Shown here: piece after piece, positions 14,469 to 26,967 of the stretch | Layout: each line of letters opens with the position of its first letter | How positions within the stretch are numbered: position 1 is the first letter of the stretch | Source: Podarcis bocagei | Lineage: Eukaryota | Reading direction: 5' to 3' (one strand) | Assembly: GCA_964188305.1 (NCBI GenBank) | Contig: OZ076896.1 | Length of the DNA stretch: 64,000 bases | Notes under the pieces: model-generated | What the model saw: only the letters and a program-made list of their open reading frames with translations | Told to the model about the DNA's origin: nothing | The model's database searches: none | Translations under genes and position numbers: made by a program

Positions 14469-14741
14469 CAGTCGTACCTCAGAAGCTGAACGGAATTTGT
14501 TCTGGAAGTTTGTTCGACTTCCAAAACATTTGGAAGTTTGGAACATTTGGTGATTGTAAATTTCAATAAAAATCCTTTTTTTTAAAAAAAAAGGAAACCA
14601 AGGTGCGGCTTCCAATTGGTTTTCAGTTGTATAGGCAAGCCGGAAACAACAGCGGAAGCCGCGCTTGGCTTCCAAAAAAAGGTTCGAAAACCGGAACACT
14701 CACTTCCGGTTTTTATCATTCGGGGAGCCGAGATATGACTG
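14469..14741. mobile_element. Tc1/mariner-pogo (Tigger-like) MITE
   Basis: TA|cagtcgtacctc ... gagatatgactg|TA; imperfect terminal inverted repeats (TIRs) and TA duplication. Confidence 0.75.
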
Positions 14742-16224
14742 TATTCTGATGGTGGTCCTTGAGAAGAAAAGGAAAATGGCAACCTCCTTTATTTAAGGAA
14801 ATCTAGCAACAAGAAGTAGCAGGAGGAGGAATGTATATCCATCACGTGAAGAGAGAGACGTTACCCAACCCACTTGGGTCATCAGCAACCGTCTCAAATT
14901 GGACAAGAAGCTGTCAGATGACACAGGAACGGATGAGCCGTGCCTCTTTTACATTAACATTGTAATCAGGGGTTGTGTATATGCTCCGTTAAACCAAGGA
15001 AAGGAGAAGCTGACACATTTTGAGAATCTGAGGAATAACATTAGGAACCAACACTAGGCTTGTGATTAGTCTGTTCATAATTCTTTTGGGGAAAGTGGGT
15101 GGCAAAAAAGTTTTTAGACCTGGGGGCCAAATCTGGCCCTCTAAGCTTCTGCATCAGGCCGTCAGGACTCTCAGTAGTTCCTTCTCCAGGACACACTCCC
15201 CACTGGTCCTGCTGCAAGGCCTCCTTGAGAGGTTTTGCCTGGCTAGAATGTGTCTTTGAACAGTGATGATGCCTCTTGGCTGCCTTGAAGGACAGCGGGA
15301 GACGTGTGTGGGTAGAAACCTCTGACTTTTCCATAGCTATTTCCATGTAGCCTGATGGAAATAAGTTAAGAGTGACAGTTATTGATCCATCTGCTTTTGC
15401 CTCTGTCTACCACTGCCATGTGACCCACCCCTCTTCAAAAGGTCTCCTGTGTGGGAACGTGGCCCTTGACTGAAAAAGAGATTTTCCATACACGCTCCAG
15501 ACCCTTCAATGCACCCAGTCACTGGTCACTCTTTCAAAGGTGTGTCTCAGGCCCTACCTCCCTCAGATCTTCATTTTCCTTGCCAATGGGCAGGTGGGAT
15601 AACAGAAAGGGAGGGGGCTTGATTCGGTGGCTGCAGGCTTTTTGAAGGCCCTAGATATCATCATGTCCCCTGGCAATACTTTTTTATATCCACACTACCA
15701 GGTTAAGATGATTTAAACGTGCAAATACTGCATCTTAACATTTGTTTCTTCTAGAAGTACAGCTAAGTCTTTTACAAACAGTAATTCCTTTGGAATAACC
15801 AGGGGTGGGCGAGAGGGAAGCAACAGAGTACCGGTAACTGCTTTTTGCAAATGCATTTCAAGGAGGCAAGAATGAAGTGGTCATATAGTGGAAAGGAAAG
15901 CGGAAAACAGAAATTATGGGCTGTTAAGACAGGATCATTTTGTTAGAGAACTGATTCTTTAAGGACTAAACTGTTTACACATTTATAATCAAATATAAAC
16001 ATGGAGCTTCTCTCTGCATGGGTTTTCCCATTCCCTTCACTGCCCTCCAATAGTAAATAACTGAACTGATGCAGTGTTGCAGTTTTGATTCAACCATTTA
16101 TCCTCCAGTATGATTGGATAATCAACTTAATTTTCCTGAGAAATTGAAATCAGAACAAATGCACAAGTTATCCATAGGCATGCTGATGCTAGCTGGTAGT
16201 ATTTGCTTTCCTTGTCATACTCAC

Positions 16225-16387
16225 CATGGTCAAATTTGAACTCTTTGCCCTGAAATATGGTCATTGCTTCCAGATTCAATGCACAGACTCCACGCATGAA
16301 GGCCTTCTTCATAGCATCTTCATAATCATGTCTTTTGTTCTGCATTTCCATGAGCTCAGATTTCGACTTCTCCAGTGCAATATTTAA
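16225..16387 (-). CDS. POC5: POC5 coding exon 8
   Basis: tgctag|TTA...CAT G|gtgagt, 163 nt: LNIALEKSKSELMEMQNKRHDYEDAMKKAFMRGVCALNLEAMTIFQGKEFKFDH, with the POC5 signature MKKAFMRGVCALNLEAMTIFQ. Confidence 0.97.
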
Positions 16388-17422
16388 CTAGCAAGGAAAC
16401 AAAAGATGTCTAACAAGTGTATTTTGGGGGCATTTCTCTTACAGAAAGTCTTGAGAGATATTGAGATTAGGTACACATACTGCAGGGTACTGGCCCCTTT
16501 GTGACAAAAAGGAGATGGGAGAACTATATCACCACCACCATTAGAGACTTAAAATAGGCTAATGCTCGGAAACTGCAGTGAGGACAGGAGTGCAACTCAC
16601 ATTGCCAGGTGCAGCTTTAAATAGCTGGAAGAGGCAACTCGATAGCACAGAAGTGGCATGGAGACAGGGGTGGGAGGGATGGCTATAGGCAATCAACGTA
16701 GGGGCAGACTACCTTGCTCTGAATTGTCATTTCAAGGCTGGTGTTAAAAGCTGTGAAATTGGGACACTGCCTGGAATGACTAACAACATTTCAACATAGC
16801 ATTTAGCTGTTTATTTTGAGCATTTGACCACAAAGTGTGCTTATCTTCAAGGTGAATTGGACATTCCCTTTGACATCCATAACAGCTAAATCACAGCCAC
16901 GAGTGTGTACTACAGAATGCATACATAGAAAAAGTGTGATGCTCCCAATAGTGTGGAAAGTAAATTACAATTTCACTTGCACCTTATGGCAGAAGAGTAA
17001 TGATTCAGAAGCAACCTGGTATCCATTCTGTGTATCATATACCAAAGGACTGGTGAAACAACTTTCTATATCAAAAAACTAATTTCATACTGTGATATTG
17101 GGCAACACGCCTCCCGATTGTGTTCCCGTGTGTACACAGAGGAGCAAGATCCTTCCCAGCTCTAATACACATGGGTGCAACATTTAAGTAGAATATCTGT
17201 AAAGACGAATGTATGCAGAGACATTCAATGTTACATATAAGCCCATATAGGTCTGGACATATATATCTGGACCATATAGGTCCAGATAAACCGTGGGCTC
17301 ATAATAACCACAGCTCAGGCCCATACGTATTGGGGTTTTAAAGCATTATCTCTACTCGTTGGATGTCCCAACAAGCATGCCTGAAGAGCAGGAAGGTACC
17401 ATCTGAATCACAGAACTGTATA

Positions 17423-17656
17423 CAGTGGTACTTCAGATTAAGTACTTAATTCGTTCCGAAGGTCTGTTCTTAACCTGAAACTGTTCTTAACCTGAAGCAC
17501 CACTTTAGCTAATGGGGCCTCCTGCTGCTGCCGGAGCCCGATTTCTGTTCTTATCCTGAAGCAAAGTTCTTAACCTGAAGCACTATTTCTGGGTTAGTGG
17601 AGTCTGTAACCTGAAGCGTATGTAACCTGAAGCGTATGTAACCTGAGGTACCACTG
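17423..17656. mobile_element. Tigger-like MITE nested in a CR1-tail fragment
   Basis: TA|cagtggtacttcag...ctgaggtaccactg|TA with internal taacctgaag repeats. The flanks (gaatcacagaactg / attggaagggaccccaagg...tagtccaacccc) rejoin into a minus-strand CR1/SINE tail. Confidence 0.85.
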
Positions 17657-18357
17657 TAATTGGAAGGGACCCCAAGGATCACCTAGTCCAACCCCCTGCA
17701 ATGCAGGAATCTCAAAATTATGATTATATAACCCAATCTAAACAAAGTTTTACCTTTGAAGATTTAATCCCCATTCTCTCTTTCAGTTGTTCTCCCAGCT
17801 GCATGTTGTTCTGTGCACTGATCCAACCTATGGTTTGTATTTTCTTTTGTCTACAACCCTCCTTGCTGTTCACTGAAACATTTTCTGGTAAGATCCAACC
17901 TCACCAAATTGCAGTAATCTGCATGAGTTCCTGCATGCTTCAACTCCCTGAATATATGCTTCTGTGGTAGCAAAGTCTCTCTTACATTCCTTACAGCTTC
18001 TCTGATTTTCAGGCTGATCACTCAACTTTTCCTTCACTACTTGGATGTTATGAAATCTCAGCACACTTAATTACTACAACTCATTTGAAGCTAAATTCCT
18101 CAGTCTCATCAGATCTGCTTTTGAACAAAATAAAGCACCAGAAGCCATAACAAAATCCAAAGCTAGGACCAATTTCTGTTTGACTTTATTATGGCCTCAA
18201 TACTGCTTACTATAACAAAAGCTTAAAAATAAATAGTAAACCCTCATAGTTAAAATACTTTCACTGTATAGGCAAACACTGCTTCCTGCTCCACTGGAGA
18301 AATGATGCCTTTTTAGATTGGTTCATCAGGAAAATAGTCCTTTAGAAATTTCCTTAC

Positions 18358-18537
18358 CTCTTGAAGTTGACTTTCATAGGTATTGGATAGCGAAACACGT
18401 ACAGATTCAGCACTTGATTGACAGGCCCTTTCCACAGTCTCTTTCCATTTTACATGGATGCGAGAGCGCCAAGTTGCCCAAGCTTTCTTCAATAAACCCA
18501 TTTCATATAACCGATCAGCCAGTCTATTTGTGTAGAT
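18358..18537 (-). CDS. POC5: POC5 coding exon 7 (Sfi1-like centrin-binding region)
   Basis: ctctag|ATC...GAG|gtaagg, 180 nt: IYTNRLADRLYEMGLLKKAWATWRSRIHVKWKETVERACQSSAESVRVSLSNTYESQLQE. Confidence 0.96.
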
Positions 18538-18974
18538 CTAGAGAAGGAGTGAAAATCAGTGTCAGGTCTGAAATTCCTATTCATTAGTCAGCTGCTTATG
18601 TCAACAGGGCACAAAACAGGTTTTCATCTGCTCTGGCTAAGCTGTGATTAAATCACTCCAGCATTCTTCTAGTGCAGTAAAAGCAAGATAGAGGTTTTTG
18701 GCATATATATTGCCATATCTAACCCACAGCATTGCCTAACAAGTGCTGGGCTAGTGGATGTGCTGGTGTTAAGTCATGTTAGAATTCAGACAAAGATGCT
18801 TAGTTGCTACTGAGTAGCAAAAAGACTGAAAACTGCAGATTTGTTCAGTTTTTTTTGTTCATCTTACTTTAAAGGAAGGATTTTGTTTGTTTAAAAGAAT
18901 CAAGACATTCTTCATCGGCAGGCCCTGCAGGAGTTCTAATCCTTAGAAATTCAACTATCAACATTCATGTTTAC

Positions 18975-19091
18975 CTCATGTCTGGCATCTTGTTTGCCCA
19001 TGAAATGCTGAAGGCGCCACTTTGAGAATTTCTTCATTAGCTCTATTCTGTCCTTTTGTTTCTCAATTGCATGTGTCAAATTGGCAATTAT
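18975..19091 (-). CDS. POC5: POC5 coding exon 6
   Basis: gtttag|ATA...GAG|gtaaac, 117 nt: IIANLTHAIEKQKDRIELMKKFSKWRLQHFMGKQDARHE. Confidence 0.95.
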
Positions 19092-19334
19092 CTAAACAAA
19101 GCAAAGTGAAGAAAATGGGAAAAATGCATAGAGGACATTTATCAGCTGCTACACAGTAATTTACTTAAATTGGTCCAAAAAAATCTGACAGACAGTGCCA
19201 TTAAAGCACTACCTGCAGTTCCATTTCATAGCAGGCATCTCACCCAACGCCAATCACCATTCAATGGTGGCATAAGCAAGTAGTAAGAAAATGGCTGGCA
19301 ACCCACAGATACATTAACTGATCAAGACATAATA

Positions 19335-21343
19335 CAGTGGTACCCCGCAAGACGAATGCCTCGCTAAACGAAAAACCCGCAAGACGAAAGGGTTTTCCGA
19401 TTTTTAGAGGCTTCGCAAGACGAATTTCCCTATGGGCTTGCTTCGCAAGACGAAAGCCCATAGGGAAATCTCCTGGGACAGCGGGGAAGCGCAGCGCACC
19501 TTCTCCTCTGTTCCCAGACCTGTCCTGAAGGCTTGTGGTGGGAGGTCCGGGAACAGAGGAGAAGGCGCGCAGCGCTTCTCCTCTGTTCCCGGGGCTTGCG
19601 GTGGGAGGAGGGTTTTTCCTCCCCACCGCCAACATTCAGAACAGCATTCTGAATGTTGGCGGTGGGGAGGAAAGCCCTCCTCCCACCGCAAGCCTTCAGG
19701 ACAGGTCCGGGAACAGAGGGGAAGGCGCGCAGCGCTTCTCCTCTGTTCCCGGACCTGTTTTGAAGATTTGCGGTGGGAGGAAGGTTTTCCTCCCCACCGC
19801 CAACATTCAGAAGGCTGTTCTGAAGGCTGGCGGTGGGAAGAAAAGCCCTTCTCCCCCGCCAGCCTTCAGAAGAGTTCCCGGAGGGCTGCCTAGGCTGCGG
19901 ATAGCAGCATGCTGCCCCGCGCAAGGGGCGCTCTTAAGCAGAGCGCCCCTCGCGCGGGGCAGACATTCGCAGCTTGGGGAGCCCTGCAGGACTTCCCCGC
20001 AGGGCTCTCCAAGCTGCGGATAGCAGCCTGCTGCCCCGCACGAGGGGCGCTCTTTAGCAGAGCGCCCTTCGCGCGGGGCAGACACCTGCAGCTTGGGGAG
20101 CCCTGCAGGACTTCCCCGCAGGGCTCTCCAAGCTGCGGATAGCAGCCTGCTGCCCCGCACGAGGGGCGCTCTTTAGCAGAGTGCCCCTCGCGCGGGGCAG
20201 ACATTCACAGCTTGGGGAGCCCTGCAGGACTTCCCCGCAGGGCTCTCCAAGCTGCGGATAGCAGCCTGCTGCCCCGCACGAGGGGCGCTCTTTAGCAGAG
20301 CGCCCCTCGCGCGGGGCAGACATTCACAGCTTGGGGAGCCCTGCAGGACTTCCCCGCAGGGCTCTCCAAGCTGCGGATAGCGCAGCTTGCAGAGCCCTGC
20401 GGGGAAGTCCTGCAGGGCTCCCCAAGCTGTGAATGTCTGCCCCGCGCGAGGGGCGCTCTGCTAAAGAGCGCCCCTCGTGCGGGGCAGCAGGCTGCTATCC
20501 GCAGCTTGGAGAGCCCTGCGGGGAAGTCCTGCAGGGCTCCCCAAGCTGCGAATGTCTGCCCCACGCGAGGGGCAGCAGGCTGCTATCCGCAGCTTGGAGA
20601 GCCCTGCGGGGAAGTCCTGCAGGGCTCCCCAAGCTGCAGATGTCTGCCCCGCGCGAGGGGCACTCTGCTAAAGAGCGCCCCTCGTGCGGGGCAGCAGGCT
20701 GCTATCCGCAGCTTGGAGAGCCCTGCGGGGAAGTCCTGCAGGGCTCCCCAAGCTGCGAATGTCTGCCCCGCGCGAGGGGCGCTCTGCTAAAGAGCGCCCC
20801 TCGTGCGGGGCAGCAGGCTGCTATCCGCAGCTTGGAGAGCCCTGCGGGGAAGTCCTGCAGGGCTCCCCAAGCTGCAGGTGTCTGCCCCGCGCGAAGGGCG
20901 CTCTGCTTAAGAGCGCCCCTCGTGTGGGGCAGCACGCTGCTATCCGCAGCTTGGAGAGCCCTGCGGGGAAGTCCTGCAGGGCACCCCAAGCTGCAGATGT
21001 CTGCCTCGCACCGGGCAGCAGGCTGCTATCCGCAGCCTAGGCAGCCCTCCGGGAACTCTTCTGAAGGCTGGCGGCGGGACAAGGGCTTTTCTTCCCACCG
21101 CCAGCCTTCAGAAGGCTGTTCTGAAGGCTGGCGGTGGGGAGAAAAGTCCTTCTTCCCCCGCCAGCCTTCAGAAGAGGTCTGGGGACAGACTGTCCCTGGA
21201 CCTGGTCTGAAGGCGGTCTCCATAGGAACGCATTAATTGATTTTCAATGCATTCCTATGGGAAACCGTGCTTCGCAAGACGAAAAACTCGCAAGAAGAAA
21301 AAACTTGCGGAACGAATTAATTTCGTCTTGCGAGGCACCACTG
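19335..21343. mobile_element. 2.0-kb non-autonomous Tc1/mariner-pogo-type element with giant internal palindrome
   Basis: TA flanks (19333-34, 21344-45); 22-bp TIRs cagtggtaccccgcaagacgaa / ttcgtcttgcgaggcaccactg (2 mismatches); subterminal cgcaagacgaa repeats; no transposase ORF. Confidence 0.9.
19892..21040. repeat. GC-rich 119-bp minisatellite arranged as head-to-head inverted arrays
   Basis: Unit starts at 19892, 20011, 20130, 20249, 20368 (period 119). Orientation flips at loop gatag (20376-20380); about five reverse-complement units follow, one internally deleted near 20560-20570. Confidence 0.95.
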
Positions 21344-21419
21344 TAGTTTGGTGTTAGGAATCATCTCAGCAGCCAAGGAGGAAAAAGGGATTCAGCTTGC
21401 AGGTAAACCTTTCCTTATT

Positions 21420-21960
21420 AATTAATTAAATTTCTACCCTACTCTTCTTCCCAAAGGAGGCCAGGGTGTCAAACAATTGATAAAATATCTTAAAATCAAT
21501 TCCAATATAGAGGCAGACCAAGAAAGATCTCAGCTCAAAAGGCTGGTTGAAAGAAGAAGGTCTTCAGTAGGGGCTGAGACTGTGCCTGTATAATATTGAA
21601 GGGGAGGTGCCACAACACTAAAGGGCTGATTCCTGCATTGGGCGGAACAGACCTGATAGAAGCACACAACTCCCTTGTTGCAACAGCTCCAATGGCTACC
21701 AGTCTGTTTTGGGGCACAATTCAAAGTGCTGCTTATCACCTATAAAGCCCTATATGGCTCAGGTCCAGGCAATCTGAAGGACCATATTCTCTCACATGAA
21801 TCTGCCCACAGGCATGTTTGGTGGGAACGTGGGAGAGGGCCTTCTCAGTGGCTGCTCCCAGGCCTTGAATTCCCTTCCTACAGAGGCTAGACCCCTCCTT
21901 GTTGTCCTTCTGCTGGCTGGTGAAGACTGTTTTATTCCAGCAGGTTTTGGGGAACTGATT
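21420..21960. mobile_element. Degenerate L2-like LINE fragments (back-to-back - and + pieces)
   Basis: Plus-strand piece translates LQQLQWLPVCFGAQFKVLLITYKALYGSGPGNLKDHI; the upstream part resembles an L2 3' end on the minus strand. Confidence 0.65.
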
Positions 21961-22120
21961 GCTCTTAAGGAAAGGGCTCTTGATAGTGTGTTGTACTGTT
22001 GCTGCTCCAGTGTGAGAATGCATGTTTTCTATCTGCATTTTAATAGGGGTTTTTCACATAGTTTCTTTTTACAGTAATGATAACCTTTTATATGTTTTTA
22101 GCTATGTGTTTTTTATCTGT

Positions 22121-22275
22121 ACAGTTGTACCTTGGAAGTCAAACAGCTTAGTTCCCAAACGTTTTGGCTCCCAAACGTTGCAAACCTGGAAGTGACTATT
22201 CCAGTTTGCGAACTATTTTTTGAAGCCGAACGTCTGATGAGGCTTCTGCGGCTTTCGATTTGCTGCAGGAGCTTC
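22121..22275. mobile_element. Truncated Tigger-like MITE (related to 14469-14741)
   Basis: TA|cagttgtaccttggaagtc...cctggaagtgactattccagtttgcgaac resembles the 14469-14741 element in opposite orientation; only one end present. Confidence 0.55.
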
Positions 22276-22560
22276 CAAGGTATTTGTTTTAGTGTTTTAG
22301 TGTTTGTGAGCTGTCTTGAGTCCTAGTTCTGGGGAAAAGGCAGGATATGAAGGAATGAATAAAGATAATAGGATGGTATCCACAGGAGACCCTCAGCTAC
22401 AGAGTGATTGACTGGGTATATAAGGGGCAATGCGATCTTTCAGGTCCTAGTTCCAAGCTGTATAGGGCTTTATGCACCCAAACCAGCACCTTGAACTTAG
22501 CCCAGCAGCTAATTTGCAACACTGTATGAATTATTACAATAAATTAGCAAAAAGTGTTAC

Positions 22561-22737
22561 CTCATCTTTTCTCCCTATTGAAATCTCATATGTATGCAGC
22601 AGTTCCTTCAGGTTCTCCATCTGATTGGTCAATTGTCTCACATGGGCTGCATGTTTTTCTCTTTCTTGTCTCAATTCTAGCGTGTGATGTTCAATGAAAT
22701 GAAGCTTCCATTTCCTCAGTTCAGTCAGAACATTGGT
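22561..22737 (-). CDS. POC5: POC5 coding exon 5
   Basis: cttcag|ACC...GAG|gtaaca, 177 nt: [59 protein letters not shown]. Confidence 0.96.
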
Positions 22738-24491
22738 CTGAAGATTCAAAGGGGGAAGTTTAGTGAGGAAATTGAACTAACCCTAGCCCACCAAACACAT
22801 ACAATGAAGTGTAACACTGCTATTATAGAAAGTACCGTGGCAGTTCCACATTCCACAGAAAAGTTAACCGATAATTAATGCTGCATTAAGAAGTATGTAC
22901 GAGCAGAAAGAGAACAGCACATCTTTTTCACATGTCACAGCACACATTCAGGCTCTTTGGTACATGACATTTATTTATTGTTTACGAAAGTATCTATATA
23001 TTGCCTTTCCACAAAATATCAGTGTGATGCACAGCAATATAAAAGCAGTATGGAACAACCATTCAAATGACTCGCTCACATTTAGGTGTCAGCTTTGAAC
23101 ATCTAAATTCATGAACCCATAGAACCTATGCAGGGCCTTCTCTGAAGAGCAGTTAAATTAGAACATTGGACCACAAGAGCCCAGTATCACAGAAACACAA
23201 GGCAGATGGTTTTGTTTTTTTACTTGCTTTGATATGCGAGTCCAATGCAAATGGCTCATTCAAATGCCAATTTTTCCATATGCGTTTCACTCAGGTAATC
23301 CAATCTTAAGAAGGCAGGAGTGTAATTATATTTTGACAGCTGTTGTTCAGAGTTCCAAGTGGAGGGAATTGGTTTCTAATCTGCAGTCCAGGCTGTTTTC
23401 TGTTCAGAGGGACTTGCAGCCTTAGGCTCTATCTCAGCGGACGTCAATGTGTGCCGTTTGGGAATACCACTTCCATCAGCCCCAGCTGGTTGGCCAGTGA
23501 TCAAGTGGATGATGGGAACTGTAGTCCACAACATCAGGAGAATATCATATTGACTAACCTTCCTCTAACTAGATATGATGCACAGCCACTGAGACTATAG
23601 CACTACAAAAAAAGAAGCGGTAGCAGAAAAGCAATATTAGAAGAAGAATTTAGAGCAGCGGAGCCCTCTTGTCTATTTGCATGTGAAGCTCCACTGGGGA
23701 AGAACAGCTGGGGCTGGGTGTCTTAGAACAGGGAAACAATGGGTAGGGGAAAAGTCCTGCCCCCACCTACTCCTACAGTCTAAATTTGCTGCTTCTGAAG
23801 CTGTTTTGCTATTTTAAAAAAACAGTGCAGTATATCTTTCGTTGGGGTTTATTATGCACAGATTCTCAGTTGCTTTCCTTTTTGAACAAGCTTTTTTGAC
23901 ATGACTAACTTTTGAGAGCAAAAGATCTTTTTTTACACACAAAAGATGTGTTCAAATGCCACTCAGTCAAGGTTGGTTCTTTAATCTTATAAAACCCCGC
24001 AGAAGCAGTGATAGAAGGAAACATTTCTAGAACTGGGGATTTTGTTCCGAGGGCTGGCGCAAGAAGTTGCACAAGCTGAGGTGGGCAGACCGCACCATCT
24101 CTTCTTGCTTCCAGCTTACCTTGCATTGCCACTGTGTTAGTGGTAGCAGGACTGGAAAGATCAATGCCATGAAGAGGGGCTTGGGTGGGTAGGCAGCAGT
24201 GGTGGCTGGTGGGGAGGAGTAGCCATGGTAGTGGCATATGGGGAGAAGCATGAGCCGCAACCCTCCCAATCTGCCACCTGAGCCATGTGGCCTAGTACTG
24301 CTCAGGTAGGTCAAGGCCCTGCGAACAGTACAGGATTTGACTTAGAGCCTTTTGAAAACAAAACTTTGATTTACTTGGCCAAAGCACTCAACATGCATTT
24401 CCCATGCACATTTTGTCACTAAATATTCAAAATGTTGCAAAAGACAAAGCTATCTGCAAGATGATTTTATAATTAATGCAAAGTTAAATAC

Positions 24492-24688
24492 CTTAAGACT
24501 TCCACTCCAGAGATCAAGTATGCTCTCTATTTGGGTCACTCTTTCATCCGAAAGGCTTAAATCAGTCACATTTGACTCTTGAATATCTCTTTGACTAGAT
24601 GAGGACCCTTCTGAAGAGCTGTCTTCTGAACGGACTGGGCAAAGACCCCCCACATTCGTATGAGCCGGCTCCTTTATTGCTGTTGAAA
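24492..24688 (-). CDS. POC5: POC5 coding exon 4
   Basis: tttcag|TT TCA...AAG|gtattt, 197 nt (phase 1->0): VSTAIKEPAH...LSDERVTQIESILDLWSGSLK (human ...MENVLDLWSSGLK as recalled). Confidence 0.94.
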
Positions 24689-25508
24689 CTGAAAAAAAGA
24701 AAAGAAATATGAAAAGGGCATTTAGATTTTCCACATCCTATCACTGAACTTACTTGGTGCAAGTCAAACAAAAGGTTTACAAAGCAAAAAGTACTGTGGC
24801 ATCTTAATTGGAAAACTTTCGTGGACTAGAGTTGACTTCATTAGATGTCTTAGCACCTTCTGTTGCAGCAACAAACTAGCACAGTTGTTGCTTGGGAAGT
24901 TTTTGCTGGTCACTGTAAGCAACCTTAAGAGACTGATACCTTAACTCCACCGCAGGAAGTCGCCATTTGCTAAACCATAGTTAATGGCTTCCTGCTATGT
25001 CCTTAAACAGAAATTATATACTGTACATAGTTGAACCATGATATAAAGAACCCCTTTAACAAAGATGGTTTCCACAGCAAAGCATTTCTTACACCTTCCC
25101 CCAATGGTAACAGAAACTATGAAACTATTTTAAAAAAGGGGGGGGGAGGCAGTTTTAAGATTAAGCAGAAGGGATATTTATCATGGGGTGGTGGTGGAAG
25201 AGGCAATGCCCCATTCCATGTAAAGATCACCCCTCATGCTTCTCTACATAGTAGCTATTCTAGAAATACATACACTCAACAGACCATAGGTGGGACACTG
25301 AGCAAACTTGCAGGTAAAATTGTGTGTTAACAGTCAGTTCAAACCCCTAGGCACCCATCAGGTTAGCTTGGGCCAGACACTATTTCAGCATAATTTATTT
25401 GAAAAAGAAAAGCACGAAACCCCTATCTGTAAACTGAACCTTAATGAGAGTTTTTAAGCAGTAGATACATGAGTCAAAATTTTATTTCTCACCCCAGTTA
25501 AGTTATAC

Positions 25509-25619
25509 CTTCTATCCTTGTTGTCCGAGTAGATGTAGCAAAATCAGAAGGTCTCCCATGTTTCCTCCGTCTCACTGCTGCAGTTTCATGTCTGCGTTCA
25601 TCCATTACTGGACTTATTC
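25509..25619 (-). CDS. POC5: POC5 coding exon 3
   Basis: aaacag|GA ATA...GAA G|gtataa, 111 nt, phase 1-1, open: GISPVMDERRHETAAVRRRKHGRPSDFATSTRTTRIE. Poorly conserved region, supported by phase and position. Confidence 0.75.
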
Positions 25620-26967
25620 CTGTTTCAAATATGAGGATTGACCAGATTTGCATAGGTTGGTTTAGGGCATTTCAGAATACCACTAATGAAAATATTCTTA
25701 TGTTGGAAACTGAAACTAGGATTGCAACACTAACAAAATGGTCCCAATATGCTCTCCCAGTACTATTAGACTGGAAGCAAGCAGTAGCAGGATTGCAGTC
25801 TTGGGGTAACTAACTATGCGCTAGAGCTCTCCAAAGCCTTTTAGTTGAGGAAGAGGAACAAACAATTTATTTGTGTGTGTTCCAAAGTCTGTTACTTCCT
25901 GCTGAAAGGGAAATTTCACTAAATGCTAGATTTACTGGGTGAAAAATAAAATGCCAAGCATTAGAAAATCACAAGGGGCTACTAACAACACAGTAGAAAG
26001 TTTGGCAATATATTTTCATAGACAAGAGATAAAGTCAGCTTTAGCACAGATCCACTGAAGTGCAACAGTTCAATACTGGAGGACCAGCACCTTGAGAAAG
26101 CAGCACTTAACCGCCTGGAGATGAGTCACTGCTGCTCAGTAATTTATTGCATCAGTCTTACAAGTTTTCAGATTTAATTAACTAAGCAGATAACCCAGGA
26201 CAGGAAATTAAATTTTAGTGTTAAAACCATTCAAATGCTAGATTTAACACTGCAGCCTGTTTTATTCTGATATTTCTTCTTTATAGGACAGGAAGCTTCT
26301 TTGAAGATAATTGTTATCCTTAGATCTATCATTTCAAAGGAAGGCTTGTTATTAGTAATTGGAGTTCTCCCACCAAAGCATAAATCCACAAAACAGGTTT
26401 TTCAGTTCAAAATTTTTGCAAAAGCATCAACTCTTCTGGATGCTCACAGTACTAAAACTCGACAGCTTATGAGATGATGGCAATCCCAAATGCAAAGTTC
26501 ATAATTCTAATGAAAAGCAAATGTGTACGGGGTAAAACCAGGCAGATAAAAAATAAGAGGTCAATACTTCCCAGAACATTTCTACATACTTGCTGCTTTG
26601 GATGACCAGGCTCCATAAAGTTGGAAATATGCCAGTCCAGGTTGCAGTATCCATACCTACATAGCCAGGTTTGCTTCAAGAACTACAAGTTTCTCTTTCA
26701 TTTCCTCCCCAACATGCCCAAATCCCTGGGAATTCATGCCCTTTTTCTATGCATGCATTTGTGGGAGTTCACTAAAGCACTCCACCTACAGACATCCCAT
26801 GATAAGGGAATATGACCATCCTTTTCAAGACTGGCTTTATGCTTGATACTCATGCCTTTGTTAAACACTCTCAGACACAAGGGCCCTTGAAACAGGAGGC
26901 GACTGCAGAAGTGACTTTCAGGTGGTTGAATCTAACCGAGTCATTGTATGAGTGGAAGAACTTGCAA

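Noticed and set aside
19892-21040. CRISPR-like array of palindromic repeats
   Set aside because: Units are contiguous tandem copies without unique spacers, the context is eukaryotic, and there are no cas genes
19261-21346. Many overlapping 60-267 aa ORFs on both strands
   Set aside because: Artefacts of the GC-rich 119-bp repeat; repetitive peptides, no transposase motifs, intronic
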